Source: the human T2T-CHM13v2.0 reference genome, Homo sapiens. From it: a stretch of 64,000 nt of DNA. Positions 13,153 through 26,857 of this stretch are shown here, piece after piece. Numbering within the stretch: the first letter of the stretch is position 1; each line of letters starts with the position of its first letter. A model generated the notes under the pieces. That model did no database searches. It saw only the letters and a program-made list of their open reading frames with translations, and was not told where the DNA came from. Position numbers and translations under genes: made by a program. The stretch lies in the NCBI RefSeq assembly GCF_009914755.1, contig NC_060925.1; one strand, 5' to 3'.

Positions 13153-13629
13153 AGACTATGTTTACCCAGTTTGATTTGGTTGTGGCTGGAATATTCCTCT
13201 GCATTTTGATTCTAAAGTATTTGATTAGCTCATTCATCCATTCATAGAACAGATGTTTATTGAGCATCTATTCAGTGTGAAACACTGTACTAGGTACTAG
13301 CTACCTAGAGAAACATAAAACCTTGCCCTCTAAGAGTTCACAGATCTGTACAAAAGACACAGTAAATAAGTAATTATTATATGGGGTGATAAGTATTGTA
13401 ATAACCTGCAAATAATAAGAGATTTAAAAGTATACAACCAACTCCTTGCTCGTGGCAAGTAAAATATTTAGATGATAGGAATATAAATAATAATGACCTA
13501 TTCATTTATTTTTCTTTCTTTGCCAAGAATTGCCTGAAGGGAACTGAGCTTAACCTATTTAAATAATAATATTAACATCTAATGTTTGTGGAGCATTTAC
13601 TATGTTTCAGATACTGTACCACATACAAG

Positions 13630-13812
13630 GCATATTGGTTAAGAGTGCTGCGGTCAGACTGCTAGGGATATAGTCCTGACTTGTCATTATCTGTGCAACC
13701 TCAGGCAAGTTACTTAACCACTCTGTGCCTCAGTTTCCTCATCAGAGGAAAAGGTTATAGTACTAGTTTCTGCTTCAGCAGATTACTGAGAAGATGAAAT
13801 GTGATAATGTAG
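13630..13812 (+). mobile_element. MIR
   Basis: ggcaagttacttaaccactctgtgcctcagtttcctcatc core. Confidence 0.8.
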
Positions 13813-14825
13813 TCAAAACATATATAGTAATTACTCCAAAACACGTTGACTCTTATTACCAACATATTTTGACCTGAGGCTGAATATCACAGAATTGGCC
13901 TAGAGAAATTGATATCTTCCAGACTAAATAAATCTCCAGGATTTTGTCAAGAGAATGGATGGGGGCTGGACCTCAATGTGGGGATTAGAGAATTCCAAAA
14001 CAGGCCTGAAAACTCCTTGGAGCACCAGTCAGAGGAAGCAGCCCTACTTGGCTGTCGGAGAATCAGTGCACCCCAATGGAATATAAGAAAGGCCCTGATG
14101 GATGGCCAGGATTTGGACCATGAAACTTGTTTTGGAGGAGGGAGGGGGATTGTCAGGACTGAGGCTTTACAGTCTCTGGTTGACACAGCTGAGGAAGGCA
14201 GAACCCTCAGGCTGGGGTGTGAGAGTTTCAAGCTTAGCCTTGACCAGTCTTGCCATCTAGAGAACCAGGGTCACTTTCAGGCCCAAATGCCACGGGGCTG
14301 GTGCTGTCAGCATTATCAGAGCGTTTCCTAGCAATGCCCATCAGCAAAGAGGCTGTGTTTTCTGAACCTTCTCCAAAGAGGCTGCCCTCTCCCCTCTTCG
14401 ATATGCACCCCCATCCCTGAGAGAAGTGATTTCCTCTTGTTATTTGGAAATCAGGGAGAGAGTTTCCCAATCTTTGTCTGGGGCTCTACAGGGACCACAG
14501 TCCACATTCATGTTGAGTCAGGTCTCTCTTTTCTGTCTCTTAGACCCAGCTTCACAGCTGAGACTGTAGCTATATGAGAAAGCAGAATCTACCAGTTTTG
14601 TTTTAATCCTTTCCTGAGCTCATCAGAGATAAGAGTGATAGAAACTTTCTTCTTACAGAGAGGATTAGAAGTTCTTTGTGGCAAGATATACCTGGGAAGG
14701 GGTTATTAAGTGATCATCCCTGATAAAGCCCCTCTAATCATCTACTAGTTTTGCTATTTTAGTGGTGGGAAAAAAAACACAAAACCCTAGGCACTTAACT
14801 CACTCTTGGGGAAATCTTTCTAATC

Positions 14826-14950
14826 CCTTCCTCCCTCCCTCCCTCCTTCCCTCCTTCCCTCCCTCCCTCCCTCCCTTCCTCCTTTCCTTCCTGCCTTCCT
14901 TCCTTCCTTTCTGTGTGTCTTTGTGTCTTTCTGTCTTTCATCCTTTCTGC
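14826..14950 (+). repeat. (CCTC/CCTT)n homopyrimidine simple repeat
   Basis: cccttcctccctccctccctccttccctcc... read directly. Confidence 0.9.
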
Positions 14951-14984
14951 TTGTCTCAGATTTAATCGGAGCCATACATTCCGC

Positions 14985-15530
14985 TTATTCACTTATTTGT
15001 TTGTTCATTCAACAAACACTTGCTGAGCACCTACTGAGAGCTAAGTTGGGTTCTGGGCCAGAAACAGACAAAGCAAACCTGCTTCTTGTTCTTGAGGGTG
15101 TCAAATATTGTAGAAGTGAACAACATACCAGCCCACAATGATTATGTTGCAGTTAAGTGGTATGGTGGAATTCAGTGCAGGGCATAAGGGAGTGACTGAC
15201 TCTGGGAAGGTTTTTTAGTGAAGGTAACATTCAGTCAGGGATTGAGTGGAGGCTTTTCAGGTGGAAAAGGTAGGAAAGGCATTATAGGCAGTGGGGACAA
15301 CATGAGCAATAGTGTAGACATAGGAAAGAATGTGGCATAGAATTGCAAGAAGCTGGATGTGGCTGTGTGACTTGGTATACAGGTAGGCAGATGCTGTGAG
15401 AGACAGATGAGCTAGAGAGGCTAGGTTGGGTCAGTCATGGTAGGGGATTGGCATGGGCAAATTCCCATTTCAAGGTATTAAGCAGGGGAGAGACAGGGCA
15501 AGATGTGTTGGTTAGAAATGACAACTCTTC
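14985..15530 (-). mobile_element. L2 fragment
   Basis: ttcattcaacaaacacttgctgagcacctact followed by typical L2 body; boundaries approximate. Confidence 0.65.
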
Positions 15531-16024
15531 CCTGCTCTGAAGAATGAAACCAGCTGTGCCTGGGAATCACTTGCCCGACTTTACAAGATCTCCCTGGCAA
15601 CAGAATGGCTGTTGTACAACTAGCCAGGGAATTTGCTGTGACAGTCTTCCAACCTTATCTGACATCCAGAGCAGGGAAGGAATTGCCAAGTTAGGGTATA
15701 GATATCAAAGGAATTGAAGCAACACAACATTGGAATAGTATTACAATATGAAATTAGAAACTATTTTCTCTGCTGGCATTGTTGTAAATACCAGCATCCA
15801 TCACTCCCTTCTCAAATATATTGTAAGTTAAAACATTGCTATTTTTATCTCTAACCCCCTTGCCCTCTAACCCAGGCAATACAATATAGCTTCTTGAGGA
15901 GAGGCCCAAGCTGGGTGTGGATTCCGAATCTTCACCCAGCTTCACATGCTTATTGTGGGAGCTTGGGCACATCCCCTGTGCCTTCTGAGCCTGGGTTGTG
16001 TTGTTATTGTTGCTTGTTGGTTTG

Positions 16025-16404
16025 TGATATGGTTTGGCTGTGTCCCCGCCCAAAATCTCATCTTGAGTTGTAATCCCTATAATCCTCACAATCTCCATGT
16101 GTCAAGGGAGAGACCACGTAGAGGTGATTGACTCATGGGGGCAGTTTCCCCCATGCTGTTCTCATGATAGTGAGTGAATTCTCACAAGATCTGGTGGTTT
16201 TATAAGTGTTTGGTAGTTCCTCCTGCATTCATTCTCCATCCTCCCTCCTTGTGAAGAAGGTGCCTTGCTTCCCCTTCTACCATGATTGTAAGTTTCCTGA
16301 GGCTTCCCCAGCCATGCTGAACTGTGAGTCAGTTAAACCTCTTTCCTTATAAATTGCCTAGCCTTGGGCAGTTCTTTATAGCAGTGTGAAAACAAACCAA
16401 TACA
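16025..16404 (+). mobile_element. THE1D MaLR solo LTR
   Basis: TG...CA termini (tgatatggtttggctgtgtcccc ... ccaataca) with perfect 5-bp TSD gtttg (16020-16024 / 16405-16409). Confidence 0.92.
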
Positions 16405-16511
16405 GTTTGTTACATGTACAATTGCAATAGCACCTCTCTTGCATGTGGTTGTGAAGATTAATGTATGCTATGCACCTGGTCCAATGTCCAGCTTAGAGTA
16501 GAGTAGATGCC

Positions 16512-16806
16512 TTTTTTTTTTTTTGAGATGGAGTCTCGCTATGTCTCCCAGGCTGGAGTGCATTGGCATGATCTTGGCTCACTGCAAGCTCCGCTGACCA
16601 GGTTCACGCCATTCTCCTGCGTCAGCCTCCCAAGTAGCTGGGACTACAGGTGCCTGCCACCATGCCCGGCTAATTTTTTCGTATTTTCAGTAGAGATGGG
16701 GTTTCACCGTGTTAGCCAGGATGGTCTCGATCTCCTGACCTTGTGATCCACCCACCTTGGCCTACCAAAGTGCTGGGATTACAGGTGTGAGCCACCACGC
16801 CCAGCC
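16512..16806 (-). mobile_element. AluY
   Basis: Y diagnostics gcaagctcc, ttcacgccattc, gttagccaggatggtctcgatc; TSD gagtagatgc on both sides. Confidence 0.93.
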
Positions 16807-19115
16807 GAGTAGATGCTTAACAAGTGGAAACCATTATTATTTTTCTCCCCTTCGATACATGGAGCCTTAGGGTCTAAGTGACAGGAAAATGTTCAGATAA
16901 AGATGTTTTAATTATGTCTTCTTAGTACTTCCAGAAAGAGGTCTGCATGGGTTTAGGTCAGCTCTGCCTTCCGACAGCTTACGTGCATTCTTGTGTTGCT
17001 CTCCCATCTTCACTGCTCTTCCTACATTCCACCCTAATGAACGGCAGAGAGAGCTATGCAAAGTGGTCAAAGTAAAAAGGGATTCTTTCCGATGTTTCCC
17101 AGATTGGAGAAACAATGAACATGATTACTTTATTATCTCTGTTTTGTTTTAATCTTGTTGTGCCCCAAACTAATGGGGATGCTCATTTGGAATGAGCTTT
17201 GTGTATCTTTGGGCAAAGAGGAAAACCAAGATGAATTTCTAGGAGGGCAGCAGGAGAGTGAATAAGAGAGTACAAATCATCACAAATCAAGAGATGAGTA
17301 AAGAGAAGGGGGTTGGGAATGGCAGAATTGGAACCTGAGAGTTAGAGTCCATGAGAGAGAGGAGAAGCAAAATGAGAAATATGGAGTCTGAGTGGGAAGG
17401 AACCCCACATCTGTTGTCTGATACAGGCACCTACTCAAGGGAGGAATTCGGCATCAGTGTCCCTCACAGATGGTTGCCTGACACAGTGATTTCTATAAAT
17501 AACAATTATATGGCACTACGGGAAGTGGATGAGGCTACTTACAAATGGAGCTGACCAGCCTGGGGACTGACTGTCCCCAAGGTCTGTCAAAGAGGTGATG
17601 GGAAGATATTTTGTGCACATCTGTAGCTCAGTGTGCTATGAGAAACTGACCTCATAGGGCCATCTTGGAGTGACTCACCCATGTACCTTCAGGCCTTCAG
17701 GTGATTAATAGGCATGTAGGACTGACGTTTCATTATCACTGCATCAACGCTGATGTAGACTTATTGAGCATGTCTTCCATTGATGCTGTCTTGGGTTCTG
17801 GAGATACAAAGACTTACAAGCCATGGTTCCTTGCTTTCAACCTGTTTTTGTTAAGGAATAGGAGTGTTTCCTGTGGCCACAGAATAAACGAAACTAACTG
17901 TCCTGGGGCTTCTTCAGGAAACCAGTGGGGCTAACCAGACTTACATAGTGTTTGATACACAATCATTAATTAAAACAGAGATGTTCAATGATAAATTAAT
18001 TCGCCTTCTGCTCAGAATTCATTGAGGAGGGAAGAATGGAAGCCAAGAAAAATGATTATCTGAAGCTTTTTTCTTGAGCGTCTGCCCTTGTAGGCTGTGC
18101 TGAATATTTGAGTGAGCTAAGTGTACTTGCTGTATGTCAACAGAGATGACATTTTACAGGTGATATATTTATTTCCAGAGAAGGAAACTTATATAGGCTT
18201 GTGAAGCAGAAGAATGCCAGCAGGTTTCTAATCTCCTATTAGTAAACAACATTATCGAGAATCTCCTGTTTGTGGAGTAATATTCTAGGCATTTGTAGAG
18301 TGAACACAGAAATAAAGATGCAGTTCTGTCTTTAAGAAACATTCAGCCCTAATGGGAATGGAGGACCAATATGTAAAAGAGACAGAACACATATAAAGAA
18401 GGTCCATAAATAAGTGCAAATAAATGCCTGAGTGCAGCACTTAATGTTCTGTTTTCTATTATAGGTATTTGTACTCACGACTTAGCCTTCTTATGGATAC
18501 CAAAGCCCTTGAGAACTGTTTTCCTTTCTCATTCATCTTGTGCAGAGTACACACTCAAAAGTGTTGAATGAATATGTATGCTACTGTGAGGTGTGCCTAA
18601 TTGCTGGGGGAATTCTGGAGTGAAGTAGAATGACATGTTTAGGGGAAACCTTATAGCGGCTTAGCAGTGTTTTCAAGTATGAGAGGACTTGTAATTGGTG
18701 GAGTAAGGGGACAGGAGGGAGAAGAAAGAAGGAAGAGTTCACGGGGACTGAGCAAATCCAAACAATTTATGCCACCATTCAGGGTCCTCCATGATCTGAT
18801 CCTTCAGGTCTTACCTTGCCTTGCTTGCTGCCACCAAAGGCAGCCCACTGTGGCCTTAGCATTCCCACCTCTTTCTCTCTCCTTGGAATGTCTTCCTCTG
18901 TTGATTGGCCATCTGAATCCACCTTCCACTTCATGTCTGGGTGAAAGTAGAGTCTCAGGAAGCCTTACATGACATCTCTATCCTTGCTCCTATCTTCATT
19001 AAATGGCAGTGTTTGCAGGTCTGATTTCAGTGGTCTTAACCTTCAGAGGAAACGAGAGACAATCATGGTCTTCAACCTCGGGTAGCTTTCAAATGAGATC
19101 ATGAGGCAACACTAA

Positions 19116-19432
19116 TTTTTTGTTTTTTTTTTTTTGTTTTTTTTTTTTTTTTGAGACAGAGTCTCGCTCTGTCACCCAGGCTGGAGTGTAGTGGTGTGAT
19201 CTCGGCTTACTGCAACCTCCGTCTCCTGGGTTCAAGCGATTCTTCTGCCTCAGCCTCCTGAGTAGCTGGGACTACAGGCATGCGTCACCACACCCAGCTA
19301 ATTTTTGTATTTTTAGTAGAGACGGGGTTTCACCATCTTGGCCAGGCTGGTCTTGAACTCCTGACCTTGTGATCCGCTTGCCTCTGCTTCCCAAAGTGCT
19401 GGGATTACAGGCGTGAGCCACCGCGCCTGGCC
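19116..19432 (-). mobile_element. AluS (Sg-like)
   Basis: Full dimer; TSD tgaggcaacactaatt / tggggcaacactaatt. Confidence 0.95.
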
Positions 19433-22046
19433 TGGGGCAACACTAATTATATACAAAATAATAAGAGGGAGCAGGGCTGTATATAATTAGGTGCTAAACA
19501 GAGTAGACAGAACAGAAGAACTGTGCAGAGTTGATTGGAGGTCAGAAGTCCTGCATTCTGGTTCTACTTCCATACCCAATAAGTGGAGTACCTTTTGGCA
19601 GTCACTTGGCTTTTGAACCTTGGTTCTTCTGTAAAATGAGGGGTTTGTGCAAGATGCTGTGATTCCTTCCAGCTCTAGAATCTGCAAGATGATAAAGGTT
19701 AGAGTACTCATATTAGACTGAGTGGGAAATAGTGATTTGTTAGTAAGAGGGGAGAGGGGAACATCAGGAAAAGCAATAAATGATGGCGACCAGAAGGATT
19801 GATTCCTGACAACCATAGGACAAAGTGGAGAATCAGAGAGGGACTGGTTGAAGAGCGGTTACCTTGGTATTATCCAGCATGTTCTTTCTGGAATAGGATG
19901 GGCACTGCACAAAACGTTCACAATAGAGGATATATGAAGCCTCCTGTACTCTTTTGCGTTTCTGATACTCACCTCCCCTCTTGTTTTCAGAGCCCTTTCT
20001 GGTGCTTGCCACTCTTTAAAGAATACAAATCTCTCATCAGCAAGCCCTGTAGAAGGGGCAAAGGGGTGATGCACTTTAGCTCATCACCACTGGGCACGTT
20101 CTCTTTAATCCTCTCTTAAATTCACCTGCTTTGGCTGATCTGCATACAGTGGGAGTGGTGTCAGATCAACACACTGGCCTTTTCCCAAAGCAAAGCGGGA
20201 TCCCAGCCTGGATGGCCCAGCACAGGGTCAGCTGCCTCCATCCTGGCCCCCCAGAGCATCTGCCTCCCCAGCACCCTGGGCTGCAGTTGCAGAGGGCCTT
20301 CTTTTTAATGTTTTTCTAATAATCACTTTTTTCAAACCCTAAAACAACACTTTGTTATTGCATGATAGTTGCAAAAATATAAAAATAATTTTTAAGAATA
20401 ACTCATTTCTACCCCCTCACTCCCCCCACAGGTTATCATCACTATTATTAATAACATTTTTCACTGTTTTGACTAAAAAAGGTTTTCTTTTAAAATTCAC
20501 CCATGACCCAGAACTATTTAAATAAACTAATTTTATTTTGGAGAAAGACCCTAAAACTTTTATTATAGAGATTTTCAGTCATGCACAAAAGTAGAGAGAA
20601 TAAAATATTAAACCCTATGTAACCCACATCAGCCCCAGCAGTTACAAGAAGACCTTAAAGTCTTTAGAGGATCTGGCATCTCCCTGTTGGGCTTCTGTGT
20701 CAGAGTTCAGAAAGGGAGAGGGGAGGGACAGGATAAATATCACATGACATCAATGTTGGAATTACTAGGATTTAAGCAGAGGGATTTTAAGCACAGCAGG
20801 ACCCTGAGCCCTGCCCATATTGGAGGTGCCCACTTTTGCAGACCCTGCCACGGCAGCCTTCGTAGTCCTATGTGGCACCGCTCTTTGCTCTTGAATTGTC
20901 CTCCCAAGAGCGTGGATGGGTTTTCACTGACACACGGGTACCTGCCTGCCCAGTGCCAGTGGTGAGGACTGCCCACATCTGGGGTGGGCCATGCCAGCCC
21001 TTGCAGCTGACCGGCCAGAGCTCCTGACCCTGGTCTCGGTAGCATCGTGTGGCTGCTTGTAGGTTGGGTGGAGGAGTGTTTCTTTCTGTGCTCCTCCTCT
21101 TTGCCAAACACTCTGCTGCATTTTCCCACTGGCAAAAGAAGGGGAAGAATAGGTGGTGAAATGTGGTTCTGGACTGAGGCACTGCTTCATCCTCAGTGAC
21201 AATCACTGACATTCTTGGCAGCGGGGAGATGGTGGCTGCATCAAGTCCAGAGGATTCTGAATGACCTGAATGTGTGGGAAGCCTTGCTTACTCATAACGG
21301 CCCCTGGCTAAGTCAGATGCTGCCTCCAGAGATTGTTTGTGTGGGGAGACTTAGTATGTTTATTAAATATACTCAGGGCTCCAAGTTACAGTGAAACGCC
21401 CTGCTCCTGGGCCTGACAGGCTCAGCCTCCTGGCTGGGTGGCAGCAGGTGCCTATGTTTCACTTGGAGCTCTAGGTCCTCATTCTTTCCCCTGCTCCCCA
21501 ACCTTTGCCTCTTGCCTGGGGGCTGAGAAGACAGCTTTCATTTTTCTGGCTGTAAGATCCTAGTGGTGACTGTCCTATCTGTCTTTTGTTCTGCCCTAGA
21601 AGGTAGTAATAGTATGGGTAGGATTGCTTTTAAGAGTTCTGGAACTAAAGCAGACATGAAGAGTCAAGGGTTTGCAAGAAGTTGACCCATTTTGGTTCTA
21701 GATTGTGGCCCCAGATCTGCCGATAAGTTGCTTGGATCCTCAGGGAAGTCGCTTTGCTTCCTTGGGGCTCAGTTTCCTCTCCTATGGAATGATGAGTTGG
21801 ATGACTTGTTCTCATCATCCTCTTCCAAGAGTATGACTGGATTTCCTAGTCTGCAGGAAACCCGTTATAGGCATTTAATTGCCCAGTGATGTGTGGGGTA
21901 TGCTGTACATTGTATCCTTTTCCTAAAATGTGGGTGTGGTCAGAGGAATCATACCTTGGCTTTGAGGTAGAAACACCATCCAACTGGTGTGACTCAGGGG
22001 AGGGGTGTTGCCAGCTTTGTATGGTGGGTCAAAACCCTGATAGAAT

Positions 22047-22480
22047 GCCTTAAATCAAATTCCCTAGAAACTGATTGTGAAACTGAGCTTCTTGTGGCAG
22101 TGTTTTAATGAGGGACTGCTCTTAGGAGTTACCTAAAGGTATGTGAGGGAAGCAGGATAGGTCAAGGGAAAAACTAGGCAAAGCCTCAGCCTGGTTCCAT
22201 GGGCAGCCCAAAGTGTGAATTCCACCACAGCAATTGTCTTACCCAGTGGCAAAAGGGCCGGGCCATTGATAACTCCTACATTAGGTAGTTATCTGTTACA
22301 GCCCCCCATCATCACCAGCAGGGGCAGGAATAACATTCCAGGTGAAGCTGGTCTGTCAGGCAAGGGCAAGCATCTGAAAAGCGTACAGGAGCAAGGCAGG
22401 TGTGAGTTATTAGCAGCCAACAGTTACATAGCAGCTGGGGGATGAGACATGGGCCAGAATGCCACAGAGCCTGCCACGTC
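22047..22480. mobile_element. Old ERVL-type LTR (LTR16/LTR33-like)
   Basis: tgccttaaatcaaattccctagaaactga...gcaggataggtcaagggaaaaacta...gtgtgaattccaccacag pattern; subfamily uncertain. Confidence 0.4.
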
Positions 22481-23627
22481 CTTACTGGTGACAGCCGCGC
22501 AGGGAGGAAGGCAGGAGTAGGGTGGGAGAGGGCTGTCCTGGGTGGCTGATTCCTGTGGATGGCTCAGCACATGCAGGAAAGTGTTCAGATGGGATTTCCA
22601 ATTAGGTCAATCTAAGTGATTGTTCTAAAAGTTGGGATGATGTTACATTTGGGGTGGGGGATAGTGTGCCTAGGAAGGGACGTGAGGAAGACCTTAAGGT
22701 TATCTAGAGGCTGGTTGTCCAGTGATATATATTTTGACAAAATCCGGGGTACCTTTATGACTTGCATTTCAGCATAACATCCACACAGAGCTCCAGGGCG
22801 CTGCTACTGCAAGGTAGTAGCAGTTCATTCTGAGAGGGCGTTCCCCACCCTCTTTTTTCTTCTTATAGGTCCCCCACTTCTTGGCATGTCTTCATCTTAA
22901 TCTTTTTCTCCATCTTTCTTCTACCTCCATAATTAATCTTTTCACTGCCTTTCTGGCTTCTGCTGTCTCAGCGAAGGTAGTTTCTTAGACTCCCGTGTTA
23001 TTGTTTTCCCTGAAAACTTCAGCACATCCTTTTCTGACTTCCCGGACCCATGCAGGCCCACCTGCCCCAGTTCCCTGTGCTCCCTTCATAGCACTGACCA
23101 CACTCCAGAGTTAAAGTTACATTTGTGTGCTCACTTGCTTCATGGGTGTTTCCCCCATTAGATCACAAGTTTCAAAGAGCTGGGACTGAGACTGTCTTGC
23201 TCATCATCCTTAACACACAGAAAATTATCTGTCACATAGTAGGTGGCCCATGAATGTGTTGAATAAAAAATATGGCATTTCAGCTCCAAGACATGGAATC
23301 CAAGTCCCTCGGGGTGGGACAGGAGCTGTCATACTTGGTGCTGGAGGAAATGGGAGCCTAGGGGAGGGTGTGCTGGCCTGTGAGGTGCAGGAGGCCAGGT
23401 ATGTGTCTGTGAGGGAAGGTGTGAAGTAGTTGAATCAGTCCCTGGCCTCTTTCCTTCCCCACTCACTGCTCTGTGAATTTTCCTTTCCCTAGGAGTGGTC
23501 AGCAGAGGCTTTGGACAGATGCTTCTGCAGAGATGAATGGCCTGGCTTTTTTGCTAGCCTATGTTGGCTGCTCCAACCCTCTCCTGGCCTGAGCCGAAGA
23601 TCTCTCCTCGAGATGGAGCCTTGAGTC

Positions 23628-23822
23628 CAGCAGTTCTTAATCAAAAGTAATCTTGTCCCCCAGAACATTTGGCAATTTTTGATTGTTGCATCTGGAGAAG
23701 TACTAGTGGCCTCTAATGGGTAGAGGACAGGAATGCTGCTAAGGCACACACAGGAGAGCCCCCACCAAACAGAACTGTCTCTCCACAGGTGCTGGCAGTG
23801 CTGCAGTGGAGGAAGCCCTGCC
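23628..23822. mobile_element. MER20 (hAT-Charlie)
   Basis: cagcagttcttaa...cccccagaacatttggcaat...ctaatgggtagaggacaggaatgctgctaa...gaagccctg. Confidence 0.75.
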
Positions 23823-26800
23823 TAGGCCAGCCCTGATCTAACCAGCAGGTGCTGCTGACAGCCTCTGGAGCAGGTGTTCCCCAGAGACCCTTTGCTTCTG
23901 AAAGGACCATGGAATCAGCATCTGCCTTACTCCCAGCCCCAACACACTCAGCCTCCCCACTCAGTCATAGGCAATTCAGCCTCCCAGGTTACAGCTGCTC
24001 TGTGAAGAGGGTGCACAGACAGGGAGAATGTTTTCCATGGAGCCCTGGGGAACCCTGTTAGAGACCTGTCTCTGGGGCTGGGGGCTGGGCCCTGCCTGCA
24101 TAGCTTCAGCTCAGGGGACCCATGGGGCCCCTTTCCTCCTGCTTGCTCTATCCCCATCTTTCTCTCCAATCCTCCTCCCACCCCACCTTGCAGCATCTCC
24201 CCCAGTCCCCTGGAGATTAATGTGATAATTACCATGTGTGCCTGTTTACGCAGGGAGTGGGTGAGCTCACCACCCCCATCAGTCAGGTTCCCAAAGGAAC
24301 ACATTCCCACAATGTCAGGACTGGTACCCGCTGAGCACTCCTGTGCAGGTGGGCTGCCGCCCCCGAACTGCTTTCTCTGTCATCACCCTCGTCGTGCACA
24401 CGTGTGCATGTGTGTGTCACTCAGGGGATCGGCAGGTGAGGAAGATGGAGAGCAGCCAGTGTGCCAGTCTAGGGAAGGGCTGGGTGGGGAGGGTGTTGGG
24501 AGATGGGAGGAGCATCAGTGCCCCATGTAAGAGGACACTGACCAAAGAGAAGCACTCTCCTATGATGCCTGACTGATAGTAGGTGTTGCATGAGTGGTGT
24601 GGGATGGAGGGGCTGGCGTCTTCTGGGCAGCATTCTTTGCAGGGAGGGCCCTGGTTTCCCTTAGCTGCTCCACAGTAGAGGTCTGGGCTGTGAAGGTTCT
24701 CCTGGGGCCAGAATCTTGATTGGAGTACTTAGCATGGCTGTCCCGTGTTCCTGAAGGAAGAGTCTCTGGGGAAAATAGAGTGCAAGTCTTACATGAAAGG
24801 AGCTTGCGAGAACTGCCACTCTGTCACAGAAGCTGGGGGGGATGCTGTAGAGAGAGAATGAGTGATTCTCCCTCTCACAGGCAACCCTCCTCTCTTGCAC
24901 CTCCTGCTGAGACAGACACGTGCACACCACGAGAGAGAAAACAGTCACAACTCTGTGGTTGAACTGGCAGCTTCACCCCGACTTCCACTTCACGTGCTTT
25001 CTGGGTACTTGCTGCCTTGAGTTGTCGGTTGCTGCTGCTTTTTTAATCTCAAAGGACGCTTGAGTCATTGTCTCTCCTACACTGGACAATTTTGTTTTAA
25101 TAATGATGAATCAGAAGGAGATTGAAGCCCCAACTGGCATCAGAAAGAACCATGCCATTTTGAAAAAGGGAAGCATGCATTCCTTTGCTAGCCTGCTTCC
25201 TGCCGAGGTGTGTCCCTTTGTCCTACCGGGTGTGTCACTGACCCGTGGACAAACATGCAAGGGGAGTGGAAGCCAGTTGGCCAGGAAGAATGAAACAGGA
25301 GGGAGAGGAGCAAGGTGTGGAGAAGGGTGGGGCAAGCCTATTAAAAGGTGTGTGAATAACCTACAGGAGCTGTCAAGCTGCTTTCTCCAGAAGAACCTTT
25401 TAAGCTGTCAGTCATCTTCAAGAACCCCCAGGGCCTTGCTGGTGCTGGTGTCTTCCCAGCTATGCTTTTCTCCTTCTAGTTCCCATCCTCCTCTTTTTTC
25501 ATCCAGCAGGCCCCACTGTGGTGGATAATGTTTGCGGCAATTCAGAGAAATCTCCACAGATTGAGAGGGGGCTATGAGAATGAATTGTATCAGTGTATTT
25601 TTAACAGGAGAATCTTCATATTAGAATTGTGGACGTTTTTTGATTAGTCGACCATCTATGCATGCCAAACCCTTTGTTAGGTGCCAGATACAGAAATGAG
25701 CAGACAGTTAAGGTTTCTGCCTGAATATAGGTTGAAGCAACACCAAAACATACTCACAAAATGCTGAATCAAAAGACACTGCTCGTCATTGGTTTTTTAT
25801 AGAATTGAGAAACACATTCCAGATTCTGACCCACTGTAGTTCCTACATTTCAAAGGCTATGTTCTTCGATGTGTTACTAGATTTTCTCTGAAAATGAGGG
25901 TTTCACTATGATCAAAAGTGTTTATGAAATGGTGGAATAAACAAGGTAAATAATGTTCTTTTTTTGTGGATCTTCTCACGGGCTCAGAAGAAAATATAAT
26001 CTGCTGTTTCCCAAATTTCTTTGGTTACAGAAGCCCCTTTTCCACAAAATACACTAACTTCTTACAGATCTCTAGCAATGAGAACAATGTAATTTTGGAC
26101 ATCCTCATTACAGCATCCCTGGCAAGTAGTCACCCAAGTGAAATTGCTCTGAGCCACCCTCAAACTGTAGCTCAATTATTTAAGAACAAAATTATCTTAA
26201 AAGTCACAATTTCATCATTGCTATTGCTGATACCTGCTAATGTTTGTTGGCAACAAAGTCCTATCTGGGTGCTGGGTGTAGACTCAGTTTTTGTTGCCAA
26301 GGAATGTTGGGGTGCTGGGGGGTTTGGCCACTGGCTAAGCCATAGAGTGAATAAACCCTGTTAATCTGGAGCTTTACTGGTGAACCATCAGAGCTAGCCA
26401 GCCTTACAGAAGGACTGATTTGTAATCACAAATAAACACAGAGCTAGCTATACAAATATCATTGCAATTCACTTTTCAGCTCATAGGGAAGGTCCATGTC
26501 TTAACGATCTCAGAGAAAACGGCTTCCTACCTCCCTTAAAACCCTCAACAACTCTTGGCATCTAGTTCCTTTGGATCTTTCTACTAATATTCAGGAACAG
26601 TTTTCTCTGAGGTCTGGCCCACATCTTCCCTGATTGTATTTAACTGACCAGACCTGATTGAACCAAAGAGCTCCATCTTACACACTGAAATTGGCAGGTC
26701 CCTGCATCTGTCCCTTCCCATTCAGAAAGTGTTTTCTTGTTTACTTTTAACTTTTATTCTGCTTCAATTGCAATTATCTCTCTCTGAATAGTGTAGGGGC

Positions 26801-26857
26801 AAAAAAAAAAAGACACAAGTGTGGTGAAAGGAGATTGCCTTAGAAGCTGTTTTAGTG

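Noticed and set aside
18440-18470. cttaat...ttttctattatag|gtattt as a recursive splice site
   Set aside because: The acceptor is plausible but the regenerated donor GTATTT is weak.
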